Below are positions 47,300-60,688 of a stretch of 64,000 nucleotides of DNA, in pieces. A program made the translations under genes and the position numbers. Position 1 is the first letter of the stretch. Each line of letters opens with the position of its first letter. The notes beneath the pieces were generated by a model. It saw nothing but the letters and a program-made list of their open reading frames with translations. It made no database searches and was not told the DNA's origin. Source of the stretch: Azolla caroliniana (lineage: Eukaryota; Plantae; Polypodiophyta); the NCBI GenBank assembly GCA_043228905.1, contig JBHGNT010000017.1, forward strand, positions 868,001-932,000. Direction: 5' to 3'.

Positions 47300-49345
47300 A
47301 TGTTGGGTCGTGAATTTTCTCCCGGCCATATCTCTGCAACCTTCCATAGCTCTCCCTCACAAGAAGGAACCAAGGATTTCATCGTCCAATCGAAGGTGAG
47401 AAGACCTAGACCGTTGCTGCTCCCTTGTAACAATAATAGAACACTATTAACAAGATTTTGCCCTGCAAGGTCCTCTGTTATATGTACAAGAAAGCAAGGA
47501 TCGCTTATTTCTGCAAAGTTTCTCGATGACCACATGTTCGTGTCAGACAAAGACCCTTTTTGTCCGCAGAATCAATGGTCTTTAGTTACGTCTTTCTCTG
47601 GGAGGAGAAGAACTCCTCGGACTCTTCTAAATGTGAAGAGATCGTCTTCTTTGAGTGGAGACTTGAAGACATCTACTACTATAAGCAAAATTCAATATGC
47701 ATTTAGTTCTGATGAAAAAAGACATGGCCTATGTACATCTTCTTCTATATACAAAGGTGAAGGTTCATATAGTTCTGATGTGAAAAAACCGGGCGAATAT
47801 ACAGTTTCTTCCATGAGGAAAGGTAAAGATTCATATAGTTCTGATGTCAAGAGACATGGGGTATATAAATCTTCTTCTATAAGCAAGGGTCAAGATTCTT
47901 ACAGTTCTGATGCAAAGAGACATGGCCATTATACATCTTCCTCTATGGATAAAAGTAAGGATTCGTTCAGTTCTGGTGAGACTAGGCATAGTTCATATAC
48001 TTCTTCTGTTAGTGACGGCAAAGATCTGTTTCAATCCAAAGGTGATCAAGGTCGTAGATCATCAAATAAAGGGTTTGATGTACTTGAAGAGCTTATACCT
48101 TCAGTAATAGCAAGTCCAAGGGGTTCGACCTTAAATCCAAATGATGTTTGGCGAAAAGCTTTTGTCAAGAATAAGAGCAATGAAAAAAATTCACAAATCG
48201 ACATGGTCGATCATATTGAAAGACATGGCACTATATCCTCAGTTAGAAAAGGTAAAGATACATACCAATTCAATATGCCTGAGGATGTCATAGATGATGT
48301 GGATAATGAGGTGTTAGTTGCAAATGATGGTTCTAAGAGGGTTTATGTTGAGGATAAGGGAAGGAAAATGCCACAAGCTATTATTCGTGATATGGCGAAA
48401 AGATATGGACATACATCTTCCATGAGAAAAAATAAAGTTCCAAACAACTCTAAAAGTGATCAAGGTCGTAAATTGTCGAACAAGGGATTTGATAGGCTTA
48501 ATGAGCTTATACCCTTCACAATGGCCATTCCTGATAATAGAAACAGTGAGCCCAAGACGTCTCCATTAACTGAAGATGGTGATTTGAGAAGTGGTTTTGT
48601 AAAAGATAAGCATAGTGGAATTCTACAAACTGATGTCAAAAAGAGGTCTGGTTTTACGTCTTTCATTGGCAAACGTCAAGGTCTGTATAGTCCTGGTGGT
48701 GCTCAAGGTAGCAATTCCCAAAATAAAGACTTTGATGTGCTCAATGATAATAACGTAGGTAATGATCATACCAGAAATCGGGAAATTTTGTATTCTAGCT
48801 ATGGCTCTACAACTGAAGATGATGATGAAGATGAAGAAGATGATGATCGTGTGGAACAACAAAGCTATGGGAACTCTTCATTGTCATCTTCTTCTTCCGC
48901 AAATGTGACCAAATCCAACCTTGTTATAACATCTCCTCAGATCCAATCAAATGAGAGGGCATCTCTTCAGAGCCAATCAAATGAGAGATCATCTCCTCAG
49001 AGCCGACCAAGTGAGATACCTCTTGAGAAGGCTATTTTTGGATTTAATAAGGGTTTGAAAATAGACAAGCCTTCCCTACGCGGCCAAGAAGTGTTATGGG
49101 CTCTACAACAAGCAGCTATAGAGAAGGCAAAACTCAAGCAAAAGAAACGGAAAGGAACAGTTAGAGGAACTAGTGAAGATTTTAAATCCAATCAAGTTGC
49201 TCCATCAATGGAAATAAAGAATTGGGAAGATGCAAAACCTATTGTTATCAAGCAAGAGTGGAATATTCAGATTGAAGACTTGGAAAGACGAATTTCAAAT
49301 CTAAGAAGCGTCAGAACATCATCAAAGCATAAGTTATCATTTTAG
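47300..49345 (+). CDS. Uncharacterised 681-aa protein: transit-peptide-like N-terminus, internal Ser/Lys-rich repeats, C-terminal helical motif
   Basis: 2-kb stop-free ORF from ATG in AT-rich surroundings; 66-bp repeats keep the frame; no TE motifs. Confidence 0.8.
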   Translation: MLGREFSPGHISATFHSSPSQEGTKDFIVQSKVRRPRPLLLPCNNNRTLLTRFCPARSSVICTRKQGSLISAKFLDDHMFVSDKDPFCPQNQWSLVTSFSGRRRTPRTLLNVKRSSSLSGDLKTSTTISKIQYAFSSDEKRHGLCTSSSIYKGEGSYSSDVKKPGEYTVSSMRKGKDSYSSDVKRHGVYKSSSISKGQDSYSSDAKRHGHYTSSSMDKSKDSFSSGETRHSSYTSSVSDGKDLFQSKGDQGRRSSNKGFDVLEELIPSVIASPRGSTLNPNDVWRKAFVKNKSNEKNSQIDMVDHIERHGTISSVRKGKDTYQFNMPEDVIDDVDNEVLVANDGSKRVYVEDKGRKMPQAIIRDMAKRYGHTSSMRKNKVPNNSKSDQGRKLSNKGFDRLNELIPFTMAIPDNRNSEPKTSPLTEDGDLRSGFVKDKHSGILQTDVKKRSGFTSFIGKRQGLYSPGGAQGSNSQNKDFDVLNDNNVGNDHTRNREILYSSYGSTTEDDDEDEEDDDRVEQQSYGNSSLSSSSSANVTKSNLVITSPQIQSNERASLQSQSNERSSPQSRPSEIPLEKAIFGFNKGLKIDKPSLRGQEVLWALQQAAIEKAKLKQKKRKGTVRGTSEDFKSNQVAPSMEIKNWEDAKPIVIKQEWNIQIEDLERRISNLRSVRTSSKHKLSF

Positions 49346-50039
49346 TTGGTTGTGAATATCAAACATGTGAGTCTTGGATCTACAAAGTCTTAGAACATCA
49401 ACATTTCTTTACCTACATTATGTGATTCGTTGCGTCCATACAGTAAAGTAGACATACCACCATCATTATTTTTGTTCATGCAAATCGCATGTATCAATCA
49501 TTCTTTTGGAAAATGATAGGAGTCTAAGGCTCTGGAAATAAATGGACATCACCTTTATATATATATATATATATAGGGTTTAGATTGTTTCTATGTGCAA
49601 CTATATTGGACTATGCTGTACAGTACAGAGCTCTAATCCTAAACATCAAGATTTTTTCTATATGCAACTATATTGAATCATGTTCTGCAGTACAAATTAC
49701 TTGAAGGACAGCTCAATGGAACTTATTCATCCAGATACTAAAATCTAAGTTTCAATTACAATTGAACTGCAATCCCATGTACTGGTCCAAAAGAAGCAAG
49801 ATCTATAAAGCCGTGTGTCAAACAATAAAAGCCGTGGATTGATAAAAACCAAGCCGTGTAGTTTGTAAATAAATTTGTACAGTATTATATTAAATTATCG
49901 TAACTTTATAACAATGGACAGATCAAAGTGAGGTGATCTTTGCCAATACGATATGAGTCAATTGTTTTAGATGCCAAATCACTGGCAGAGAAAAAATTCT
50001 ACATTTTTTAGTTGCATTGCATAACATAGTCCAAAATGT

Positions 50040-50590
50040 GAAAGAATATATTGCTAACACAGAAATAACGGGAAGAAAAAAGACACGGAAGTTATCAGCA
50101 TTTCATCTTGTGCACCATATTTCTCACATATTGTTCTTTGGACTTTTCTCAACTTGCAACAGCAAATAATGAAGAATAGCACTTTCACACTACGCACTCC
50201 ATCTCATGGGTCAATATTGGCCTCTCTATGGATGATAAAAAATATTTAATCTAATCCAAGATAAAAACTACAGTTAATAGAAGTTTACCAAGCTGAAAGA
50301 ATATATTACTGCTCACACAGAAATAACAACAAACAAAAAGGACACTAAAGATATCATCATTTTCAACGTATGCACCATATTTCTCACATACCTATTCAAT
50401 TTCATTATGGCTCTCACAAATTGTTCTTCAAACTTTTCCCAACTTGCAACCACAAATTGTGAAAGTAAGAATAGCGCACACTACACACTCCATCCCATGG
50501 GTCAACATTGGCCTCTCTATGGACATTAAAAAATATCTAGCCTAATCCAAGATAAAAACTACAGTGAACAGAAGTTTACCTAGCTGAAAA
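50040..50590. repeat. Tandem duplication, ~255-295-bp units
   Basis: GAAAGAATATATT..TGCACCATATTTCTCACATA..CTAATCCAAGATAAAAACTACAG..AGCTGAAA twice. Confidence 0.88.
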
Positions 50591-50639
50591 CATCAAATGC
50601 ATTCAAGAGTGAGTGATTTTCAAAAACCTTGCACCTTAC

Positions 50640-51010
50640 GAGATTTGGATCCATTGACAGAGCAGAAGCAGTTCCTTTTGTGCAGCACCCTAAAAACCCA
50701 GATGCAACTCAATATGTGCAAAACCTTCCTACTTTTGCAGACAAATTTTACATACAAGCATTTCCATTCCACCCAGATGCAAGCCATTCCAAAACCAATG
50801 TCATTTCTAAAACGAAATTCTCTCCATACAAAATTGTAGGCCCTGAGAGCATTAAAATAAGCTCTTTCTGGCATAGTAGGCTTGATAAGAATAGCATTAA
50901 CAATCAAAACTTTGCCTTCCCTTATCATCTTTTGCCTTTATGGGTTGGAATTATAGCCCCCATCACTCTGATAATATTTCGAGGATCTCCAAATATAGAG
51001 CCTTTTTTCC
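50640..51010 (-). mobile_element. Short LINE ORF2 relic
   Basis: REGKVLIVNAIL and KICLQK*EG resemble the L1 ORF2 motifs GRxxLIxSVL and ICxPKxEGGLG. Confidence 0.4.
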
Positions 51011-52669
51011 TTTGAAAACACCACTCCTTAGTCACTAAAACTGAAAGAGCTTAAAAGTGCTTTGAACCTTATCCAGATTTTTTACGGGCTATATTGTTTT
51101 AGTATACAGGTTCTCGTTAATTTGTTAATGAGATCCAACAAAATATGGTACAACACATAATGAAAATAGTTAAAAGGCAGTTTTGCTTCTTCCACGTACT
51201 ATGAAACGACCTATCGACGTACATTCATGTTTTTACACATAATGGGCATTTCAGAGCATTTGGAACCAAGAGAACTCTCCAGTGGTAATAAATTATAATG
51301 TTGGTGGTTGTCTAGAATTTCCATTTGTTTGTTGCCTTTCGTTTATTTTAATCTTAAAGTCCTACACAATGTCCTGCCCATCTTTTGATTTCTGTATCTG
51401 TTATTTCTTATCAGTGACTTCTGCATCATGTGCAATTCTTGATCCATTGTCTTGACCAAGTCTCCGATCCGCCTCTTTAATCACTCCATAAGTTACCTTA
51501 AACATAGAAACTCAATACAATAACCTAACCAAAATCTAAATATGCAAAACAAATGGGAGAATAGAATTCATATATACCTGTTGTTGCATATGTGTGTGTT
51601 TCCTTGCCTTCTTCTCTTTCCATGAATTTCTGACGTGTCTCATAAAATTGGAAATCATCCAAGATGGATGGATGTCTTCACATTATAGCTCTTAAAAATA
51701 TTGAGCATTTCTAGCCCCTGGTTTAAAGGGACCTGCATTGGAAATAAAACTATCATAAAGCTTGATTTTTTCAGAAGGAAACTATATCTGTGACTCTTTG
51801 CATATACAGATATAGATATTTAGTCACATATATATGGCGTAAATTAATGTCATATCCATACTATAGAGTTATGTATGACAGATGCTCATTGTCAAACCAA
51901 GATCACAACATATTCATGCAAAATTCCATACCAAAACTACAGGCATGGATATGAATTTGCTACCAAAGGATCTATCCGAAATTTGATCTGGTTTTCCTCC
52001 ACAAAACATAAATTGAACCTTCCAGTTACAATAAACTACTTATTCATCAGCGAATCTCACTATTATGAAACTCCTTCGACAAAATTGCATATGAACTAGC
52101 CATCCTATGTTTGATAGCTACTAATGTAAGATTGATTGTGCACGTCTATTTTAAACATTTTTTGAGAAATATATATACACAATCCAAGTGTTTTTATAAC
52201 TCTGACATGTGCTTGGATGATTGAAAATGACTCAAACAAAACTCAATACAATAGAGAAATGAGCCTCTTTCAATAATGGAGGATTGCTATATGTCAAATA
52301 TTTTATGAGAGAGACATAATGGGAGTTGTAATATACGCATGAAAACCCCTAATGAGATTGATCATGTCAGTCTAAAGCCCTACTCGCACAACATTCACAA
52401 TCCTTGCCTTGTGAGTATGAATAATTTTATTTAACTTGGGAGTAACCACATGTAATAATGTTACATAAACATTTAGATGGAGAAAGAGGTTTAGAATTAC
52501 TAGCGTTAGGTTAGGTTAGGTTAGGTTAGGGAAAAAGGTTATGTAGGTTGTTATAGGCTCTTCAGAAAAGCATCCAAACCACAGGTCAGGTCAATCCATA
52601 ACATGCAAAATACATTTGTTTGTTCCATGTTCCCACCCACTAAGGCACCTGGCCTGGCTTGCCTCTCTC

Positions 52670-52716
<47 letters not shown>

Positions 52717-54656
52717 TTTCTTCGATTGAAGAAGACCCATGGGATGGATGGATGGATCAGGTGCCCGAGACGAGACGATGACTCGTGTTGTTGATCCTCT
52801 TGTCGCATGCCTCTAAATAGATTAGGTTCTCGCACAATGGATGTACAATGATCGTGTATTTTGATACATATACAAAGGAAAGGAGCAAGACAACTTCGCC
52901 TTATTGCCCAATGCAAGTCCTTGCCCTTCTCTATCGATGAAGATTGGCTTTTCTAAATGCAAGGCAATAATGAGTTGATAATGTCGTTGATGAAGATAGA
53001 CTCATTCGCTACTGGCCCCTCGAACACTAAACATTCACAAGTAGATACGCAATTCCTTTTCGTCATTTCCATGTCATTACTACATGTATACCCTGTTGAA
53101 GATTGATCTCGTACTATGACATACACACGGGTTGCCATATCAACACCAATCCATACTTCTTATCACATGTTGAAAATCGCCGTCACCTCAAATTTTAATC
53201 TTTACATCTTGCAATGCATATTTGAGCTTTGAATTTTTATATGCTCCAGACACGCAATTACACAAGACAAAATGCAGAATGGAATGAAAGGTTCAAACGT
53301 TCTATGATAATCCCTTGGAATGTGGCCAACTTTGTCTTTAGACCAATGTCATTATCATGGCCAAGAGTGCACTCTGTTCAGTATGAACACCATATTCTAT
53401 TCAACTTTTGTAGCAGTGCATGCTTCATTCTAGCCACTAAAATCAGACAAGATATTGTACACTTCATGGTCAATCATATATAAGATGGGGTGGGGCATAA
53501 CCCATGGAATCATTTTAATATGGGACAGGAAGAGGGTTAGTGACCATGGTGACGTTGAGCTACCAAATATTCGACACGTACGCATAGTTTGCACTCTTCT
53601 TTCAGAGAACTAAAATTGAACCAAGCCATGTGGTGTTTTTGACAGGCCAGACTAACCGGTGCGAATAAGTTTATCAATTTCCACTACATAAGTAGCATAG
53701 TTAGGGTTTAACCAATATATATATGTAGTGCTAGAAGTATGTTGTTATGCTAGAAGTGTGGGTCCAACACATGCATGTCTTCTCATGTCCATGCAAACAC
53801 ATCCTTGTACTTATGACGATCAAAGAATTGGCGGTAAAGTCACATGTGCAAACCTCTCACTATACAGACAAGATGAGGATCCTCAACTAAATCCCAAGTT
53901 GAATTCTTCCATTTGTGTTTAGATGGGGAATAGAGATCGTGCTCAATCATGAATTCCTCCATATATCTATCTAGTCATGTTGTTAGGGTTCGAGGGAGCA
54001 TAAGTTTTGTTGTTGTCTATCATAGCGATTGTGGGTCGAGACAGACAATATTGATCCACCATTTACAACATATGTAGCTCAACTAGGCCAAGTAGTTTCA
54101 AACATCTGCATCTTCCATATTGTCCACGATGTTGACATCATTGACATGCTGTTGCAAGCTGATCATTGGGTTGTTTAGGATATTGTTCAGGTGGGGAGTT
54201 TGACATCACTCGGTGTTTCCAATCATGCTTGAATTTCGTCCTTGTGCAACCAAGGTAGGCCTAGAAAGGAATGTGAAGGAAGGCCAGGACGAATGCTGGG
54301 GACAAGAACTTAGAAATTTGGAAAATGTATGCATCAAATTGACATGGATTATGCAGAGCAAGTAGCAGAGAAGGAATGGTGGAGTCGTGTGTTTTGAGTT
54401 TCCGGCAAGTGTCAAATGTCCGGGCGGATGAGTGTGAAAGCGGACATCGGAGGTCCCGCGTTACGTGTGAACGCATGGCTCTGGCTAGGGCACTCCCACT
54501 GCTCCCCGCAAATCCTTCGTAATCCTCGTCTCGCTTCCTGTTTCTCTCCTTCCGTTTCTGCCTTCTGAGCCCTTCTTGTCTTCTGTTCTGCGTGCTGCAG
54601 AAGTGGAGGAACCCACCCTGTAGACGAAGAAGAAGAAGAAGAAGAAGAAGGAAGCC

Positions 54657-56799
54657 ATGGGACACGCTGCTGTTTGGAACTCTCATCCGAAGAAGTATGG
54701 CGCTGGATCTCGGGCCTGGTATGCATCATCTCAATTTCTCTTCTCAAAATCCTCTCTTTGTCTTGTTGGATCTTTTCTTTTTGTTTTGCTTGGTGTTGCG
54801 CCTCTCCCTGACTCATCATGTCTCTCACGTTGGCAATTCTTTGGCTATAATACACACTTTTCTCTTGATTCTGCTCCTGTTATGTCTATCTCAACTAGTT
54901 CTTCGAACCTTTCTCTTGTCTAGAGATTGTAGGCATTGTGCATCTCTGTCTCTGTCTCTGTCTCTCTTTACAGTTTTATGCAGTCTTGTCTTGCTTAGTT
55001 TGTGCTCCTTGTATGTGGAAATATTATCAATAACGGTGTTTATTCCATTAGCTCTTTTATCTGTTTCCATGTTGAAACGACGTCAGTTTTTTACGCTTTA
55101 ATCATCTGTTTATTCTTAAGACCTCTACTACCAACTAATCTATTTTGTAACCCTCTCTATTCGCTGTTATAATCCAGCGATTTATTTTCAACTTCCCTTG
55201 TTTCCTTCTTTGATATCCCCACCTTCCGTAATTCTTATTTTCAATTGCAAAGACGCATGATCTTATCATTTTTACAGTAGGTTCTCTTGATGTGTTCCGG
55301 ATTTTATTTTCTTTGTGACGCTAGTTTCTGTTGACATTCTCAAATTTTGTTTTTACTAATGAATTGTTTCAGTCTCGTTAATGTACGAGCTCCATACTTA
55401 GCTCAAAGGATGCATGTCTGTTTTATATTGACATGTACTCTTGAAATACCGTATATTATATGTGTATGATTATAATTGACCAAAAGCACGTCTTACGCTT
55501 CACATTTTATAGCAGAATATGATCTGAAAATATCTATTTTACGAAAGTCAAGTCGAACGCTTCATAGTCCTTAGCAAAATATGGTCTGGAAACTTATATC
55601 TCTCTCACAATGTTCTTATTTTCTCTTGATCCTGTCTCTTGCGTGTCATTTGTCTACCGGATTTGGCTGCGTATTTCTCCTATGATGTCTGTTCGGTAAT
55701 CTAGTACCATCATATCAGTGTTTACTGCTAACTATGTCGTGTAGAATTCTCTTGAATACCCTGCAATGTTTAATTGTCTTTCTAATACCCTTGGGTCCTT
55801 CTTTATTTACCTGAAAGCCTCTTCCTTTTAATTATCTGTTTGATTTCTCGGAATATAACCTGAAAAAAGGTAATCATTTAATTGAGCTCATAATATCTTC
55901 GAGAAAATTATGATATTCCCCTGCCCTCTGCTTTCCAAAGAAGTCTGCCATTCATTACTTTGCCAAATGCTTCTTTCTTTCTATTCAAAAAGGAGAGGAA
56001 GAAGGTGGATAAATCAAGTTACATTTTCTGGATAGCTCTGTAAACTGTTAATGAGTCTTACATTTTTCTCCTCATTCTCTGCAGTTTTTGTTATTTCTCA
56101 GAATGACCGTGGTCATCAATGTAAAGAATGAAAAATATAAAATCGCAATTCATCTAGCACACTCTTATTAATTTGCCTTATTTTTTGTTGATTTCTGGTA
56201 TGCTCATCAATTCCTCAATTGTATTTATTTAGCCGTGTCTGTGGGAATGTCCATGGCCTTGTACGCAAGTACAACATCATGTGTTGCAGACAGTGCTTCC
56301 GAATTTACTCAAAGGACATTGGGTTTATCAAGGTATATTCTGTTCTCTAGCTTCTCAAGTTTTTTTGTCCAACTATTTGCAAGCTATTCAGAAAAGAAAA
56401 TCTTCACTGTTTCCAGATTTACGTAACATATTTTATTTTTATTATTTGATGGAAAGTTAGTAATAATTGATATTTTTTGTGCCGGGATGTCTTTGTTTAT
56501 GTAGAGTAGTGTATGAAAATTTGCGTATTTTTATTGATTTTTTTCTATAAGCTCTATGGTTGTTAAGCCTTCCCAAATTTACTGGGCATAGTGGTATTGG
56601 TCACATTAGTTAAGCACTAATTGTGTTGTACGAGGTTTAATTTTGAACATTGCTATAAGGACGATTGCTGCATTCATCTATCAGCAGTTACAAATATTTG
56701 CACTGTTTGCTGCTATGGAAAATTGTTTTAGATTTTTGATACTTTCTGTCTGACTTATTCATGATTCTTTTCTTTTATTTCTTTTTGCAGTATCGGTAA
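54657..56799 (+). CDS. RPS29: 40S ribosomal protein S29 (uS14), 56 aa; exons 54657-54718, 56233-56332, 56791-56799
   Basis: Spliced product [56 protein letters not shown]; GT-AG introns; CxxC..CxxC. Confidence 0.96.
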
Positions 56800-57159
56800 A
56801 TGGTGATGATGGAAATTTTGGATTTCAATATCCAAAAGGCAGTTTTGTTATGTTTATGTAGCATGTTTTTTTTTGCAAACTTCAATTCTAGTATTGTTCT
56901 GAAAGAATGTAATATCATTCATTTCTAAACATGGAACTATTTTTGAGTTGTCTCTTTTGATTTTTTATATTTAGTTATCTAACTTTATTTTTTGTTGCAT
57001 CTCCATCCAAGCATTGGTATGATTTTTCATTTGCAACTCTGGCATGATTTTTTATAACAAGTTTGTATAGCATTGAGATGCTGGTGATAGCGTAATTTCA
57101 CCATCATCATGTGCACATAGAAGATAAATGATGTATACGGACAAGATAACGATGATGAC

Positions 57160-57420
57160 CAGATGAACGCATATAATTGGCTACTAGATCATGTGTATGT
57201 ACAATATAACTATTAAGGATCAGATGTAGTTAGATAGTCATATCTTTGGCTTCTAGCAAGCCAGATGAAGACATATCATTGGCAGTTTATGATAAACATA
57301 TATGTTTATGTACATATAAGTATTAAGGACCAGATGTAATTAGATAAAGTCATATCATTGGCTTCTAGGAAGATAGATGAAGACGCATCATTGGCATTTT
57401 ATGATCAACATGTATATATT
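57160..57420. repeat. Degenerate ~110-bp tandem repeat
   Basis: AGATGAA..CAT..TTGGC..TATTAAGGA.CAGATGTA.TTAGATA repeated. Confidence 0.75.
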
Positions 57421-60400
57421 TACAGGACAGTGAAGAAAGAAGACATTGAATTATTTGGTGCAATCTATCTTGTGTGAGCCTCTATGTCGGAGGCTAATTA
57501 GTCATATCTAGTTAACCTCTTCTGAGTTTATAGGTTATTGTTGATTGTTTTATGTATATATGGTTGAATTTTTTTGCTTGTATTTTATACCTTGTTATGT
57601 CTCATAGAAGGTGTTTGTACATGTGTTTCACAATGAGGCAATGTAAAATTTGTTATGTTTGACTCTTGGTGTAGAACTTACCACAAGATTTATCTTCTTT
57701 TTCTTATGAACTCCATGAAACCATATTTATTAGGGATGGGTATTTTCTTATTTACAGGTGTTTTTGTTGTCAAGGATGTGGGGTTTTTTGCGTAAAAAAT
57801 CCCATTGACAATGTTCTTCTATGAAAATGTGTAATTTTAATGATATGTTGACAAAATACGTGATTTCAGGCTCTTTTTTAGTCTATGTGTAGATGATAAA
57901 TGACATGAGTTCCCCTCATTTGTTGATCAGTTGTATGTGACAACACAATAGGCCAACTGTTGTGCTTAGTGAGGATTGCGGAAGCTGTCTCTTCAGATGG
58001 CTGCCATGGAGACGTGGAGTTGAGGGTCATTGGCAAAGGAGCCACTGGATTTTCCACTTGTTCAGTCCTTTCTGTTAAAATGGTTTAAGTCAATATCGTA
58101 AGTCACAATAGGGGGTAGACAACGTAGCAACTTTACTAGGTTTCAAACAAAAGAGAAATGGAACATAAAGAAACACAAACCCCTTGTTCTGGGACTTGTC
58201 CCTACGCATGTTTTCTATTTTGATTAGATCTGGCATGCAATATCAAGCATATCATTGATTCATCGGCGAATCATAACAAGGAAGCAAATGGAAGTTGAAA
58301 CGAAAGTTTTCATTGTAATGAACATTCTATTTGCTATTAAGTCAGTCCTTTGCTAACCAAACAATGTGAATGTTATGACTTATGTAGTGCAATGATGTGT
58401 TCAACACTCAAGGTGGTATAAAGGAAGGATTGTAAGCCATTAAGCTTATTAACGATGATTCAGGTCTCATCTAAGTTTTTTTTTCCAAAAAAGAGCTGCT
58501 TTCCCATTATTTAGGAGAAGTCTCATCTAAGTTATTTTTACCCACATTGATATAATAAGACATAATCTTGGTCACATTCTATAGTAATTCTCTTGGATCG
58601 CATATTTCTCCTGGTTCCAAACACCAGTGAACCGAAAACAGAGCCTTGGCTGTAAACCCCTCATACTGACTCTAGATCAAGTCCTATACTTTCATAAACC
58701 CAGAACCCATAAACAACACGAGAGGGAGATCGCATATTTAACTTCCCTATGCTTCTGAGTTTTCTATGGATTAAAAGAGCAAAATTTAGCTATTTACTCA
58801 CCATTAGCTATAAAATGATTCAAGGAATCCCAAATCACAAATATGTTTTATCGCTTGTTCTTGATAATTTCACTCCCATAGAGTCTAAAACTCTAGGTCT
58901 CATGAGAAAGAAGAATTGAGTTTTTTTCTTTGTAACATCACTGTGCGTTGTTTAAATTCACCTAGTGTTACATACGGATTATATCCAACTTTATTTGAGA
59001 TCGCTTCAATAAAGTTTCACCTTATTACGAACAAACATCAAGAAGAAGGATTGAAAAGTAGAATCAAAATAGAGGAGAGAGAGAGAGAGAGAGGAGATGT
59101 TATAAATCAGAATAAGAATAGAATTGTAATGAATAAATAGACGGATCTTGATTGGACAAGGAAACATGATCTTTAAATATATATGCAAAGCCTTTTAAAT
59201 CTAAAGAGATTTCGGCGGGACAATCCTTGATCATAGGTATTACATTAAAAATATTGGGCAAAACAGGAAGTTATAGAGCTCAAATTTTAACTAGTGTAGA
59301 GACATATTTAATTGGATAGGATAATATGTTGACAGTTTTATTTGTTTGAACTAAAATTAGAGCTACGAAAGGAGATATTTTGAAACAACCTTTTCGTGTA
59401 GACATACGAGTGTATTAAAAGCTTGATGAAAGACATGATCCAATCTAAAATTAGAGGCAGATTTTGCTTTCTGATTGGAGTTCGATTATATCTAAGCACG
59501 AAAGAAGATATTTTGGAACAGCTGAGTGTAAATGTCTGAGTGTATTTAAAGTTCAATGAATAAAATGATCCAACCTAAAATTAGAGGCTGATTTTGTATC
59601 TGATTGGACCCCTTGCTTCATTGAATTTTGCCATAAAATCAGGTAACAAAAAACATAGAGACACGATCATTAATTTTCTGGTTTCCCCTAAAAGAGAGGG
59701 GATCTATTTTTAAGATCTTTGGTTTTCAGAAGTAACCCTACAGTTTTCAGTTATTTTACACGTTACGCTTCTTAGAGAGACAAAGACAGAGCTTTGAATT
59801 GCAAATACAGAACAGTTCCCCGGCAGGAGAAATGAAGTTCTGAGTGAAACAGTGGGGAATCGGATAAGGTTAGATTTGATATTTTAATAGATTTGATATT
59901 TGGACCCCATCGATGGATATAATTATTACAACTACTATTTACAGGAAGGGAAGACAGAGAGAGATAGAGTTGCACCCATGCTTGTGGCATGTACAGAAGG
60001 AAATGTAATGTATCTACGCACGGAAAAGCCTTTGATCATATGATGTTAGCACTAGCTTCTCGAACTGTTTGAATAACACATCACAGCCACTGTCTGACAC
60101 GAATCAATATAGACAATCATATATTTCACTTCTTTAAATTTGAGTTCAATAGAGAGTAAGAATTTAAGACAAAATTATGCATGTAGACACTGCTACTGAA
60201 CTGCAGGAGAATCATGTACTGATTGACATTACAAATAAAGTTGAGTTAGAGAGATGGATGAAGGTTTTCCATGATACCGAAACCCTGATAAATAAAAATG
60301 TCTTGTATTATGTAGTACATCTTGCTGTGGCCAGCTTTTATTGCTAATTTCATGATTCTGATACAATAACTGGTCTGTGTACATCTAGTGAATCTAATAA

Positions 60401-60688
60401 AGAACACCATATCTACCTTCTTTATTATTCATGAGTAAGTAGAACAAACAGTTTAATATATTCCCTAAAGACTGGTTACTAATAACCATTGAGGATGAGA
60501 TGTGTGTGATGGCTCTATGTGTGTGTATGTCTCACGAGACATGAGACTAACAATGTATTACGTGCTGATCAGTGAATGAATATTATGCAAGAAATCCAAC
60601 TGATTTCCACTGCCCAGGGATAATATGAATGTTAGCTGAGACAACTGACAAGTATTGGTTGGTTTGTAGATAGATTGTTATATAGTAC

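Noticed and set aside
52506-52531. (TTAGG)5 telomere-like repeat
   Set aside because: Only five copies and not the plant TTTAGGG unit; an ordinary microsatellite.
54261-55101. Overlapping ORFs around RPS29 exon 1
   Set aside because: Products of the GAA repeat and the pyrimidine-rich intron.
54719-56790. Intronic snoRNAs in RPS29
   Set aside because: No convincing RTGATGA/CTGA pair with a terminal stem was seen.
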